DNA of 64,000 bases from Ginglymostoma cirratum (GCA_024137785.1 JAHRHZ010000056.1:15314409-15378408); one strand, 5' to 3'. Positions 1-12,444 are shown, counted from the first letter of the stretch. Program-made: numbers and translations. Notes: a model not told the origin generated them from the sequence alone.

Positions 1-149
1 TGCTCTTTGAGGGTGTAGGGCCATTGAGATGCCATCTCCCAGGTACAGCAACTTCAGCAATGGCCATAACTAGCAATATCTCCCAGTGTATCATTAAACT
101 ACAATTATCTCCTATGTTGCCAATAGTAAAATGTCTGCAACCTGCATCA

Positions 150-365
150 GATTCAAAAAATCTTCATTTGGTCCAACGACTGGTTAGGATTTGGAATGCA
201 ATGCCTGATAGGTATCAAATTTCAGATTCATTGGTAGCTTGTGAAAGGAAATTGAATAAATACTTGCAGGGAATTTGGGGAAGATTAGAGGTGTGAAACT
301 AATTGGATTATTTCCAGAATAGACTTGATGGGCTGAATATCCTCTTTTTGAGTTGTTCAATTCTA
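150..365 (+). mobile_element. Old CR1-type LINE 3' end fragment
   Basis: Translates LVQRLVRIWNAMP...KLNKYLQ, resembling the CR1 ORF2 C-terminus, followed by a 3' UTR-like 'gacttgatgggctgaatatcctc'. Boundaries approximate. Confidence 0.55.
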
Positions 366-1402
366 CAGTGTCTCTCATGGGCTTCTATTGTTTCACTCAT
401 ACATCAGTTCTTTCCAAAGTTATAATACTTTATTTCAACAGCATGGTCTCACACTATTCTATTTACTGAATGAATTGCAGCCAGGAATATTAAGTTACTG
501 ATTTCCCACTTCTTTCAGCCCGTTCTCTGTTGCTGGCACCATATAAATATTCCAGTACAGTTATTAGTGCCAAAAGTGCACAATCCTTATTTGCGGTGCA
601 TTTGCCTAGATGCACTCCGAAATTCATTTTAGACTGCTTCACATATCCCTGCTCCTGTCTGATTCCTCGCTTTTCTAAATTATTTTATTCTATAGTTCCA
701 TTGTCGCCAATGCCACCGTTGATTGAAACACCATGCATGCACAAGCAAGATCAGAGCGTAGCTCTTAAACTCTGAGTTAGCAGCAATATGAACTATGTTA
801 TAAATAAATGCATATAAAGTCACCCAGGCCAAAAATCTGCATCATTATGGAGCTGTCTTTTTTGTCCTGTATATTCTCAACCTCAACACTTTCCTCCTAA
901 CGTTCTGGCAGAAGGCTACTTTTAATTGTGTTGATATCGGTTTGATCATATTTATATCGTCAGCATGAAAATATATAAGCTTTTTAGAGATAATGGCTGT
1001 ACATTGTTTGCAATGTTTAAAATTGCGTCAAAAGCTTTGTTGCTTTTTCACAAAAGGCTCCGTTTCACTACATGAGCGATGTCATGGGTATGACTGCACC
1101 TATGCAAAGGAATCATGGCGTCCATTTTAGTGTTTGCACCCCATCTGGTGTTGGGAACACACACTGTTATTCTACTGCTATTTTCTTCATGCCCTTTGTT
1201 CACATAATTTATCTTTACATCCCTACATGCTTCATTACCAACTCCATGACTTGCCATTGATTCAAACCTTGACAGTTTATGAATCTTTGTTAAGGGGATT
1301 TTCAAGAGACAGGTTAAAAAACATATGATAGGCAGTGGTTATGTATCGTTCCAGAGACTCCATCAGTTTGTTTCCAGACCAGCTATTTTGTAGGGCTCGT
1401 AC

Positions 1403-1446
1403 CTTGTGCACATTTTCTTGGTGTGTTCTGAAATGACTCCACATTG
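1403..1446 (-). CDS. ATXN7L3: ATXN7L3 coding exon 10 (start of SCA7 zinc finger)
   Basis: ccag|CAA TGT GGA... translates QCGVISEHTKKMCT(R); donor AG|gtacga; 44 nt. Confidence 0.95.
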
Positions 1447-1612
1447 CTGGGAAAAGAAAGAGACAGATTTACTGAGAACATCTGAAGGAATCTGGTTTAA
1501 AAAACAAACAACTCACAAGCAACTATGGGCATTGAAATTCTCGTTGCTGTACTTCAAGGGCTGTCCAGTTTTCTAACATCATTCGTTCTTTTCTCTGTCA
1601 TTTAACACTCAC

Positions 1613-1681
1613 CGTTGTAAGCAACGAACGCAACTCTTCAGGACCCAGGCTTTCATAGTTGATGCCAGAATTATTACTGTA
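1613..1681 (-). CDS. ATXN7L3: ATXN7L3 coding exon 9
   Basis: acag|YSNNSGINYESLGPEELRSLLTT|gtgagt; 69 nt, phase 0/0. Confidence 0.95.
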
Positions 1682-3799
1682 CTGTGTTAAAGAATAGAAA
1701 CAAGTATCATTGTCAAGACCAAGAGTTTATTTCAGTCTTTTCTTGTACTAAATGACCCATTGTCCTGTTCAATGCATCAAGGAAACACACAACTTGTCAA
1801 CTGATTGGATCTCATCATGCTATTCAGGGATTTCTGCACGGGGGTGAAGGAGTGGAGAGATTATGATGCCTGTAAAAGTAAACCAAGAGCAGACAGGCTA
1901 ACGGTATGGGAAAGAATATCAATAATTTCACTGACTTATTTTCTACCACCAACACAAAAAGTGTACTCATTTTGAGGTGGTCCTGAGAAACGGGCCATAA
2001 GGGATTTTACCTGGCTCCTCTCTATGCAGATGGCTGAAGAAAACCAGAACACCAAAATAAGGCAAATTCATTTCCTTTCATGTGTGCAGGCAGGTGCAAA
2101 AGCAGGTAAAATCATGGAGATGGAAATGAACTAGCTTTGTGAACCAATGGTTGGAAGCTCACCTCAGGTTTAAATATGACATCAAGGTTCTAACAATCTG
2201 GTTGAGCTCCAGACATGTGATGAGGGTAGAATAGATAGCTGGAAACAGTGTTCGTAGCTTAAGAGAATTAGTATTGATTGAGAACATACCGGTTCCTCAC
2301 CCTATCAGGGCGGTGCAAACCACTGATTCTATCATTCTCATAACAACAGAAAGATCTAGGTAGTTATCACAAACTGGATCATTCTTTCAAAGAGCTCTGA
2401 GCCAAAGTGTCCCCTACTACTTTCGGGTTCCACGTTTCGATATCAAAAGACTTTAATCTCTTCATGCCATATTCTCCAGTCAAAATCGCCTTTTAGCAAA
2501 TGGTTACAGGTCTTAAGGTGACCAAGATTAAACAGTCATTTCAAAAGACCATAATCTCATTTCTGAAACAAGTTAATATTGCAAGTGTAGGGCATGGACT
2601 TGGCAGAACTATAAGCTAAAACAATGTCTTAGACAGCAAACAGAACTTCCCAATTTGTCAGCATACAGGCAATCTAGATTTGACGGATTCTCAGGACTTG
2701 AGGATCGGCCTCTACGAAGTGTTTACTAAACATGGTTTCATTTGATAATCTTAGTCACAACTGTTTTTCTGAATTGAAACTATATTTGGATTGAGTCAGC
2801 ATGTCTAAAATTCCCGACAAATTGCCGCAGAATGCTAATTACCACCTCTAGGTTGATTATGGAAAAAAGCATTTGGGAAAATCTATTTTAAGCAATGCTG
2901 GTAGTATCCAAGTGGTGTTGTACTACATAGGCTTTTAAAGGATTTATTTCCAGGTGACAAACTTTTGTCTTGCAGATGTCTTTCTAACCATGGGTAACAT
3001 GAAAAATTCCCACTTCAGGTACAATGTCAATTTCCTTCTATTTCACTTTCATCAATTCAGAACAAAAAACACTTCAAATGCAGATACCCCTTAATGGGTG
3101 CAAATGATACACACAAGAAAGTAAGCACATGCTACTTAAATAAAACATGAGGCCACCTCAAACAGAACTACTAATACCATTGATAAGCAGTCTTTTCAAA
3201 GATAACTTCAAAGCATAAGCAGAGAACCTTCGATAGCATCAACTTGTACCCACATAGCTCTTTTATCAGAAAGGAAGTCCGACAGTGCATAAGTATAAAA
3301 CATAACATTACACTAAGCTGCACAAGGAGATACCAGGTCAGATGACAAAAAGGTAGATTTTAAGTAGTATCATGAAAGGAGGAAAGTGAGACAGAATAAG
3401 TGAAGAGGCACAAAGATACTACAAAACAGCTCAGGGCATGGGCAACTGAAGGCACAGTTACTAATGGGGAAGCCATTGCTACCAGTTGTTTAAGGAGCTA
3501 GAATTAGAGAAGCACATAGCTTGGATTACTGGAGGAGATTACAGGGACGGGGAGGGGAAAGGTTATGGAGATAACTGAAAATGGATGAAAATTAGTAACA
3601 AACCCAATTGCCTAACTGACGTTGTTAGTAGACAATACTCAAACAATGCAAAATGTTTAATACAAAAGTAAAACTGTGGCAAACTAAGGATTGAGTGATT
3701 ATTTTGACAATACAGAAACCTAATTGCAATGACAGGCATTTAACTAGAAAAGCAGTATTTCATATTTGCTGGTTGGGTCACCTAATAGGACATTACTCA

Positions 3800-4017
3800 T
3801 TCGTCAGTGTGGAGCTGGAGGAACGCAGCAAGTAAGGCAGCATCAGAGGAGCAGGAAAGTCGACGTTTCGGGTCGAAACCCTTCATCAGGAAGGAAGAAG
3901 GGTCCTGACCCGAAACGTCAATTCTTCCGCTCCTCTGATGCTGCCTGACCTGCTGTGTTCCTCCAGCTCCACATTGTATTGACTGTGACTCCAGCATTCG
4001 CAGTTCTTGTTATCTCC
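3800..4017. mobile_element. Palindromic Penelope-derived non-autonomous repeat with hammerhead core
   Basis: Inverted arms of about 85 bp centred near 3890 (gtggagctggaggaac.../...gttcctccagctccac); the minus strand reads CTGATGA-agggtttcgaccc-GAAA-CGTC at 3889-3862. Confidence 0.8.
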
Positions 4018-4117
4018 ACCACTCAGTCCTATGCACTAATTTACAAATCAAATAAACACAATAAATTGTGGATCATACACACAACCATATAAGCAACGCA
4101 AAAGTGAGTATTATTAC

Positions 4118-4149
4118 CTTATATGGATCAGAGTTTCCACTGAGTTCTC
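4118..4149 (-). CDS. ATXN7L3: ATXN7L3 coding exon 8
   Basis: ttttgcag|(G)ELSGNSDPYK|gtaata; 32 nt; compare human GELSNSDPFK. Confidence 0.93.
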
Positions 4150-4213
4150 CTGCAAAACAAAAAAGCAATAAATAATTTAATACAAAGCTCTCTCATCTAC
4201 TTCAAGGTCTTGC

Positions 4214-4531
4214 CTAGAAATTAGAATTCCTACAGTGTGGAAACAGGTCCTTCGGCCCAACAAGTCCACACATACCCTTGGAGGATCCCACCGAGACCCA
4301 TCCCCCTATAACCCACAAACCCCTGAACACTATGGGCAATTTAGCATGGCCAATCCACCTAAACTGCACATCTTTGGACTGTGGGAGGAAACCGGAGCAC
4401 CCGGAGGAAACCCACGCAGACACAGGGAGAATGTCTGTGTGGAGTTTGCACAGTCACCTGCGGCTGGAATCGAACCCGGGTCCCTGGCGCTGTGAGGCTG
4501 CAGTGCTAACCACTGAACCACCGTGCCGCCC
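4214..4531 (-). mobile_element. HE1-type tRNA-derived SINE, full length
   Basis: Minus strand has A box TGGTTCAGTGG, B box GGTTCGATTCC, core gggtttcctccgggtgctccggtttcctcccacagtccaaaga and a CR1-like tail; similar to the copy at 56661-57001. Confidence 0.9.
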
Positions 4532-5702
4532 GGAGAGTAAGGAGAGCTTCATTTCCTGATTAGAAAGTGTACCTCAGTTTCACACAGTATTTAAAAACAA
4601 AACACTTTCTTTTTCCTCTTCCCCACGATTTCTATAGGTCTAAGCAGCTATCTGGTGCTTTTCTCGTGTAGTCGTTCATCATGGATGAACCTAGAGAGTG
4701 AATGTTAGCAACCTATACACGTGATACTACTAAAGCTTGCTATTATCCACAGGCACATCCAGTAGTGAGAGTCACAGCACTTAGGAATAGAAACCATGGT
4801 GAAATTTTCCTAATGTGCCCACTGGCATGAAACGAAATTAACCATCTCCACCTTCCACTCTACTGAAATTACAGTCAACACTGATCAGGTATCAAACATG
4901 AAGCCTATGCCTCAGTGCCGTACTTCAATAAATTTACCTAATAAATTATTTGGGGTTCACGATGCACTTCTGCAAAGCCACAACGATGCCGTTAAATTGA
5001 GAATTATTAAACACTAAATATTTTCAATATTGATGATTCCCTTCCCCATTTGATACTGTTCAACTGCCTCCAGTGGTTACAGTTCTGAAATTCATGTTTC
5101 CTGAACTTTGTCCTCAGCAAGTAGGACCGGCTGACCTTAGAATTGGATTACCATTTCAATTTTTTGCATTCTGTGACAGAAATTAAAAACATACCCAGTT
5201 ATCACCTGTATCCTATAAAGCAACAAAAAGTTCAAAGAGAAACATGACTTATAAGTTGAAAGTTGCTACATGTTGAAAATATGAGTTCTTCACAAAGTTT
5301 GAATTGCAAGAAGAGTGCTTTGACGATCAGCTTGCATTTTTGGCTGCTAGGTTCATGTATGTGGTTGATCCTTGTGTTCTAGTGTTTTGGGTCTCTGGTA
5401 TTTCATTATTTAGGAAATAAATAAATAGACAAATAGATAAAACAAACCAAAACAGAAGCAACCTAATTGATTTTCTTAATGCAGCATTGTATTCATCCAA
5501 CTACTCGATGCTAAGCAGGGAGCAGGAATCAAACCAGGAATAAACCGCAACTTATACGCTCTAGGTATAGACAGCATTAAAGTGCTGAATCACTGGGAGA
5601 GTTCTCTCTACCTAGAGGCTTTAAGTGAAAAGTAAAGGCACCAGATTTGCATTAGTGTACATTCGATGAAATGACAGAAGCAGCTCTGCAAAACAAACTC
5701 AC

Positions 5703-5748
5703 CATTTTTATGTTTGAGAGATTTGGATCTCCGTGGTGAATTGGGATT
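5703..5748 (-). CDS. ATXN7L3: ATXN7L3 coding exon 7
   Basis: ttcag|NPNSPRRSKSLKHKN(G)|gtgagt; 46 nt. Confidence 0.96.
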
Positions 5749-5864
5749 CTGAAAGACAGAAACAATTCTTTAAGCAGCAGCAGTGGTTAGTTGTACCTAC
5801 CACTGAGGCAAAAAACAGGAGCTTCTCTCTCCTGAAATACAAGTAACTCTAGGCAGGTACATAC

Positions 5865-5887
5865 CTTATCAGATTTTCTTTTCTTGG
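5865..5887 (-). CDS. ATXN7L3: ATXN7L3 coding microexon 6
   Basis: ttag|(A)KKRKSDK|gtatgt; 23 nt; keeps the frame between exons 5 and 7. Confidence 0.94.
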
Positions 5888-6133
5888 CTAAATGAAGTAA
5901 CAGAAGAAAAAGAAAGTGTTAACTAGCAGCAAAAATAGTTTCAAAAAATGTAGTGCCCACAAGGGGCATAAATGAATACAACCATCAAGTGAAAACCTAT
6001 TTTGGGTTACACCAAACTAGTCTAGCAAGCATTTAAGACAAAAACAGAAAAATATCACCAGTAAACTTGAGGTGCTACACTGCATATGCATATTGAATAT
6101 ATTTTGATCCAAGGGCCAAGGATAATAATTTAC

Positions 6134-6231
6134 CTTTTTTTTCAGATCCATACGACCAGTCATTATCATTGATGTCATCATTATCCTCTTGGTCACTTTC
6201 AGATTTGCTGAGGTTGTTGCTACTGGCTATT
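6134..6231 (-). CDS. ATXN7L3: ATXN7L3 coding exon 5
   Basis: gtag|(R)IASSNNLSKSESDQEDNDDINDNDWSYGSEKK|gtaaat; 98 nt. Confidence 0.97.
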
Positions 6232-6529
6232 CTACAACATAAAATGAAATACACATCACCCCTATTACATTCATGCTCCATGGCTAAAATGACGCCAGTG
6301 GTTATAATCATAGCACCTATTCACAAACATGTAAATTTACAGAAGGTGGCTAAATACACAATTCAAAGCATATCTTGGAGTGAGGACATTTAGCAATTTG
6401 GCAAAGTTTGATAGGTTTGCCACTAAATTCTTCCATCTACTAGACTCTATGGAAATTATTAACTGTATTCAGACGGAGGGCATTAACTGGCAATTCACAT
6501 ATATTTCTATGTACAGTAGAGTGAAGGAT

Positions 6530-6960
6530 CGTGTGGTGCAGTGGCAGTATATTTATCTGGGCCAGTAGGTGACAGGAGTATCATGCAATTCTGAAAAGTT
6601 TAATTTAAAATAACAAAAGCAGACTGAAGGGTCTTCAGTGCAGTGGTAGGGTCCTTACCTTGAGGACAGAAGGTCCTAGTTCAAATCCATCTTAGGATGA
6701 GATGGCCATGGAGATGTGTCATAACACATCCAAACCGGTTGGTTAAAAACAAAACACGTTATTAAGGGTTTTGCAGTTCAGTGGTAGTGTCCCTACCTCT
6801 GGTTCAAGCTACAGCTGCTTCAAAGGCATGTCACAACACGTCCGAAGAGGTTAATTAAAAATATCCAGAATCTGACTGACCATAAGGCCAGGGTTCAAGT
6901 TCCAGTTGGCCTGGGTGCGTTTAATAATATGTCCAACAGATTGATGAAAATATCCAGGAG
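6530..6960 (+). repeat. Tandem array of about 4 degenerate short tRNA-derived SINE units
   Basis: Repeated 'gtgcagtggtag(t)gtcc(c)tacct', 'g(g)ttcaa(a/g)tcc' and an end motif like 'ggttaattaaaaatatcc'. Confidence 0.65.
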
Positions 6961-7101
6961 TAGACTAAAACTCTGCCTATTGAATTTGAAGATGCATAGT
7001 ACCACATCTCTCTGTAAATAAAAGCTTTTTTTAATGTATGCTTCAAGGGCTTTATTTATGCCACAAAAAATGATGCTGGGTCCACTGTAGTTTTGCTATT
7101 T

Positions 7102-8004
7102 ATATAAGTGATTTGATTTGGATGTGATTATAGGGGGAATGGTTAGTAAGTCTGCAGATGACACCAAAATTAGCAGTGTAGTGGACAGTGAAGAAGGTTA
7201 TTTCTGAGTACAGCAGGACCTTGATCAGATGGGCTGAGGAGTGGCAGATCAGGGCAGGACTTACATACTTAATGTTAGTGCCCTGGGAGCGTTGCCGAAC
7301 ACACAAACCTTGGGATGCAGGTTCCTAGTTCCTTGAAAGTGGAGTCACAGGTAGATAGGATAGTGAAGGCAGCATCTGGTACACTTGCCTTTATTGGTCA
7401 GTGCACTGAGTATCGGAGTTGGGAGATCATATTGTGGCTGTACAGGGCATTTGGTTAGGCCACTTTTGGAATACTACATTCAGTTCTAGCCTCTCGGCTA
7501 TAGGAAAGATGTTGTTATACTTGAAAGCGTTCAGAAAAGATTTACAAGGATTTTGACAGGGTTGGAGGGTTTGACCTATAGGCAGAGGTTGAATAGATTG
7601 GGGCTATTTTCCTTGGAGTGTCAGAAGCTGAGGGGTGACCTTGTAGAGGTTTATAAAATCATGAGGGGCATGGATATGGTGAATAGCCAAGGTCTTTCTT
7701 CCAGGGTAGGGGAGTCCAAAACTATAGAGGCCACAGGTTTACGATGAGGGGGAAAAAGATACAAAAGGCACCTAACGGGCAACTTTTTCATGCAGACAGT
7801 GGGGCATTCACGTAACGAGCTGCCAGAGAAAGTAGTGGAGGCTGCTACAATGACGACACTTTAAAAGCATTTGGAGGATTACACGAATAGGAAAGGTTTA
7901 GAGAAATATGGGCCAAATGGGACAAGATTAATTTAGGATATCTGGTCGGCACGGACAAGTTGGACCGAAGAGTGTGATTTCATGCTGTAGAGTTCTATGA
8001 TTCC
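7102..8004 (+). mobile_element. CR1/HER1-type LINE, 5'-truncated
   Basis: Translates (K)SADDTKI and LNRLGLFSLE...LRGDLVEVYKIMRG; 3' tail gttggaccgaag...ttctatgattc. Confidence 0.9.
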
Positions 8005-8024
8005 AAAGAGAACCTTAGCTCAGG

Positions 8025-8236
8025 TACAAACACAGGGAATGCTGGAGAAACTCAGCAGGTTTGACAGAAGCTGTGGAGAGAAACAGTTGATGTTTCAAGT
8101 TGAATATGACTCTTTTTCAGTTCTAAAGATGAGTCACACCAGACGCAAAATGTTAACTCTGATTCTCACTCCACAGATGCTGCCAGACCTGTTGAGTTTC
8201 TCTAGCATTCTCTGCGCTGGTTTTAGATTTCCATCA
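8025..8236. mobile_element. Palindromic Penelope-derived repeat (older subfamily, degenerate hammerheads)
   Basis: Inverted arms gctggagaaactcagcagg/cctgttgagtttctctagc around a centre near 8110. Confidence 0.75.
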
Positions 8237-8273
8237 CTATAGCAATTTGTCTTCGTTCAGGCAGTTAGCTGAC

Positions 8274-8445
8274 CTCCTGTTAGCAATCCGACTACTGTTG
8301 CGTCCCATTCCCAAGCACTTTTCCAGATGGGGAGCAAAGCGGGAGGCAGCAATACTTCGACTGCAGTTCGGACATTCACACTCCTTGTTCTTCCACTGGT
8401 TGTAGACTTGACCGAAAATGTCCACACCTGGCTGGTCCACAATTT
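8274..8445 (-). CDS. ATXN7L3: ATXN7L3 coding exon 4 (Sgf11 zinc finger)
   Basis: [57 protein letters not shown]; cag acceptor, gtcagc donor; 172 nt. Confidence 0.98.
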
Positions 8446-10922
8446 CTGAAATACATGTGAATGTCACTAATTAGTTTATTGAAAAATGTTGCCAACGTGG
8501 TTATACTTCCCTCACTCTGCTATAATTCACAAGCTGCTCAAAATCTGTGCTGTATTTGTGCCAGCAGCAAATTTTGATACAGAATCTGAACAACAGTCTT
8601 CAAGTCCAATAGTTGTCTTCAATCCCCACTTTAAAATGCACTCTTCAAACCTATGAGTATGTCCTGTTCCCTTGCCCTCAAATACAATTCCTAATTATCC
8701 TAATCCTTCTGCTTACAGCATTCGGATAAAGAATGGAGATCAGAGATATGTACCATTTCCTTTCAGGTAGGCTTCACAGTTGCCCCCACTGCTGCAAGAT
8801 GCATTGACTGCTCCATTTATTGGCATTCCTACAGCAAATGAAGTATTTTAATATACATATGATCCGCTATAAAAGAAACAGTGGATGGATAAAAATTACA
8901 CAGTCTTGTCCTGACACAGATGAATTTACTCTTTGATTTGGCTCAAGGATAGTCACATGTTTCCTCCTCTTACAAGAGGTGATGGAACACCTCTCACTTA
9001 AAAAGGAAAGACAGAGTAAATGCTGTGAGGATGCTGAGGAAACCCCAAAATTCTTTTACAAAGTATTATACCCAGTTTGCTTTTAGAATATATTTGAATA
9101 TAATGCCTGATAACCTGTGAATTTAACGTATTTGTTGCTTTAAGGAAGACTTGAAACTTTGAAAAGCTCCACTCACTAATTTATCATACTCCTCTGAAAA
9201 CATGAAATCATTTCACTGTTCTAGGGACTCCAAATTACCAGATCTCACTGAGATAGAACTTTTCATAATTCCAGCAAGAGGGTTAAGTGTGTGCAGTACA
9301 TTGGAAATGCATCAACTTGTTCTATATGAAAGCGTTTAAAGATGGAATGCAATGCTTGGGGGGCAGGGGTGAGAGGTATCACCAATCTGTCCCCTCTACT
9401 GTACAGTTCAAACCTGATGATTTGGCACAATTTTTGGCAGCACCTGTCATTGGATTAAAAATGTTGGTCTCTCTTCAGGATGAAGGAAAGCAGAGGCTGT
9501 GGAAATGGATATTTAAATATGCTACTTAATAACCACAGTCAACTTATTTTCAGATAAAAACCCAAGAAGATTTTGAAAAATGGTTCTAAATTAGTGATAG
9601 AATAAAACAAAGTCCTGTAAAGACGGATTTTCATAGCCCGTTCTGAATCCAACCAAAGCAATAATCTTTTGGACTGTTAGTTAACCACTGATCATATATG
9701 CATACTGCTAGTGCCCAGAATCCACAGTGGAGGATCAGTTTCACCTTCATTTATTCAATTCAGGCAAGACCTCCCAAGTATAGTTCTGGGTAATGTTGTA
9801 TCAAATGGAGCATCTGTCTTATTCCTTTGGTAAAGTTTCAAAAATAATTTCAGGGTTTTGCAGTCCACATATTGCAAAATTTCTAAATGTGGATTTTCTA
9901 ACAAGTCGTTAGATCTTTGTAAGTGGACAAGATTTGCAGCATTGCAGATCAAATGCTACAGCTTAGATTACGACTGTGGCAAACAACACAAACCCCCACC
10001 CCACTCCGCCGCATCAGTTCTAACCAAAGTTAGCAGTTTAACTTTTCTCAAAAAGGTAGAAGAAACAGTCAGAATAAGCTTAAAAGTTGGCAGAGAGTTT
10101 TAAATGGTCAGGAACCAAATTAACCAAACAGGACAAAGAAGTGAAACCCAGGATGAAGAAACACACTGTGGGAAAAGGGGCACGCTTGATAATAAAATGC
10201 AAAAAAAAAAATTGATACAAAATAATTCTTCTAAATCTCTTCTTGATAATTTAAGCCTAACATGCTGCACATGGAAGATAACAATGAAGAATCTGAAATT
10301 ATCTTCATTTAAGATAATTGGCAATGCCTATATAAACGATCAATTTCTTGCCAAAAACAACAGCTACTGCTCAACTAAAATGGCAGAAACATTCATAGGA
10401 ACTGCAGGGCAAGATGTTGCTCTGAACAGAATGCAGTATTTGCTCATCTAGTCTCTGAAATTCTCTAAAAGAAAATATCATCGACTCAATTTTTTCCCTC
10501 TCCTGAGGTTTGGTCACCCCAGCTCAATTTGATAGATGCTACTTCTCAAGCAGCCAACTTTCAATTTTAAAATCTGCTTGTGAGTGTTAGCCTGCCATTC
10601 TGGCGTAGCTCAACCAAACACACAGTCTTTCAAGCTTGTGTCACTTTGGGACCATTAGCTGATTTTTCTCCACCCTACCCTGGAGGGTTCTGCAACTATC
10701 GACATTGTCCCATCCGCCATCCTGACCACACTGACCGAGACTTGAACCTGGGACATCCCCAATCTTTATAGTTTGGCACCAGAATGGGGTATTGCCTTTC
10801 TTCACAAACCCTGTCCATAAACCATTCTCTACTTTTGCTCCCAACTATTGCCAAAAGATGATAAACACAAAATAATGCCTCATTAGTTATCCAAGGCAAG
10901 CACCTATTCCAAATACACTTAC

Positions 10923-11055
10923 CAAAATCCTTCATGCTGTCTGGGTCCGTCTCATCCAAAAAGAAATAACCACACTTTACAGCTCGATGCACCTCAAAAC
11001 AAAGTCCCAGACACGCATCATCTACGAGATCAGAATAGATCTCATGAGCTACGGC
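10923..11055 (-). CDS. ATXN7L3: ATXN7L3 coding exon 3
   Basis: ttcag|[44 protein letters not shown]|gtaagt; 133 nt. Confidence 0.98.
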
Positions 11056-12039
11056 CTGAAACACAAAGCTCACAGGTAAATGGAAAGAGATTCAGAAAAA
11101 GAAACACCGAGGCAGTTAACTGATTTGGCCTCAAACACATCAAAGGAAGCTCCTCGCTTCACATATGCTTCCTTACTGAGGAAGCCGGTTTTAAAACAGT
11201 TCCCAAAATTTTATTAATAATCATCACAAAACAAGAAGCAACTTTCAGAAAAATAATGAGCTATTTAAATTGTTAGAATTATTAGTGTTATGTTGGCCTG
11301 ACAAGGAGAGTAGCGAAATACCACGTCAGCAACCTTAAGCAGGGTAGTCTTGGGCATTTAACCATTTACAAGCTTGTACTGACCTCTTAATCCCAAACTA
11401 AATTGGTCCATGCTTCACCCTACTGGCTTCTACTGGACCCAGCATCAAGTTGCAACATATTCCAATAGGTCTTCTGCAGAAAAGAGCAGCAAACCACATG
11501 CTGTACACAGAAATAATAATGTGATGTCACACAAGCATGAATGGTGAGGGTGAAACTCGATGGCACGTGAGATACAGATTTACCATTTTGCTCTTGAATC
11601 TGCTAATCTACTCAGGATAACAACAGATGGCAGTCAGGCTAATGGCATGTATGACCCAAAAGGTTCAAGTTTGCTGCCAGCAATCCTTCTATTTAAACCA
11701 TATAGATACTGATTACGACTTTCAAAGCTCTGTTGATTATATCTCAGCACTTCAGATCATGCTTTTAAATGCCTGGGTGACGTCAGCCATTGCTTACCCA
11801 CCTCTTCCCACTTTGACAATAAAGTCAAGTACACAGGGAAGCTGACTGATGAGAGCAACTTTCTGTGAAACAAACTGTGGTTTATTCCTCATTATTCAGC
11901 AGAACAATTCTGAGACCCAATGGAAATGCCACAAGGAAAGATCAACTGCCAATAAACACAGGCAATGCCCATGCAGGATATATTGTGAACTTGAGGCTCA
12001 ATGCCTGGAAATTGGGAGCCAGATGTGATGGAATGATGA

Positions 12040-12330
12040 GAACATAAGAAACAGGAGGAGAAAGGTACATGCTCCCTTCAAGCCTGCTCCACCATTCAAT
12101 AAAATCATGAGCTCAATGTAGAAATTCAGCCATGTTTTTAATTCATCCCCATATCCCTTGATTCCCTTAGTTGCCTAGGTGCTATTATCAGAGTATGGAA
12201 TATATTCAATGACTGAACAACCATAGCCACCTGCGTAGAAATTCAAAAGAATTGCAAGAGTATGGAGATTTTTCCCCATTTCAGTCCAAAATAACTAACC
12301 CCTTATCCTGAGACAATGTACCCTTGTAAC
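12040..12330 (-). mobile_element. CR1-type LINE 3' end fragment
   Basis: Plus strand 'gaacataagaaacaggag...cccttcaagcctgctccaccattcaataaaatcatg' is the reverse complement of a typical CR1 3' tail. Confidence 0.65.
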
Positions 12331-12444
12331 AATGGTGGCAATGCCTCTTAAGGGGCTTAACCTTGTGGCAATCTCTTGGTAAACAATCAGGTGCTACCAT
12401 TTTAAAAAAAAACTGCAAAAAGATGAAGCAACAGAATACACAGA

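Noticed and set aside
1-1400. Expected next ATXN7L3 exon (SLRCPQH...)
   Set aside because: Not found on the minus strand; presumably upstream of position 1
6530-6960. Repeat-spacer pattern as a CRISPR array
   Set aside because: This is a eukaryotic intron; the units are diverged SINE monomers and there are no cas genes
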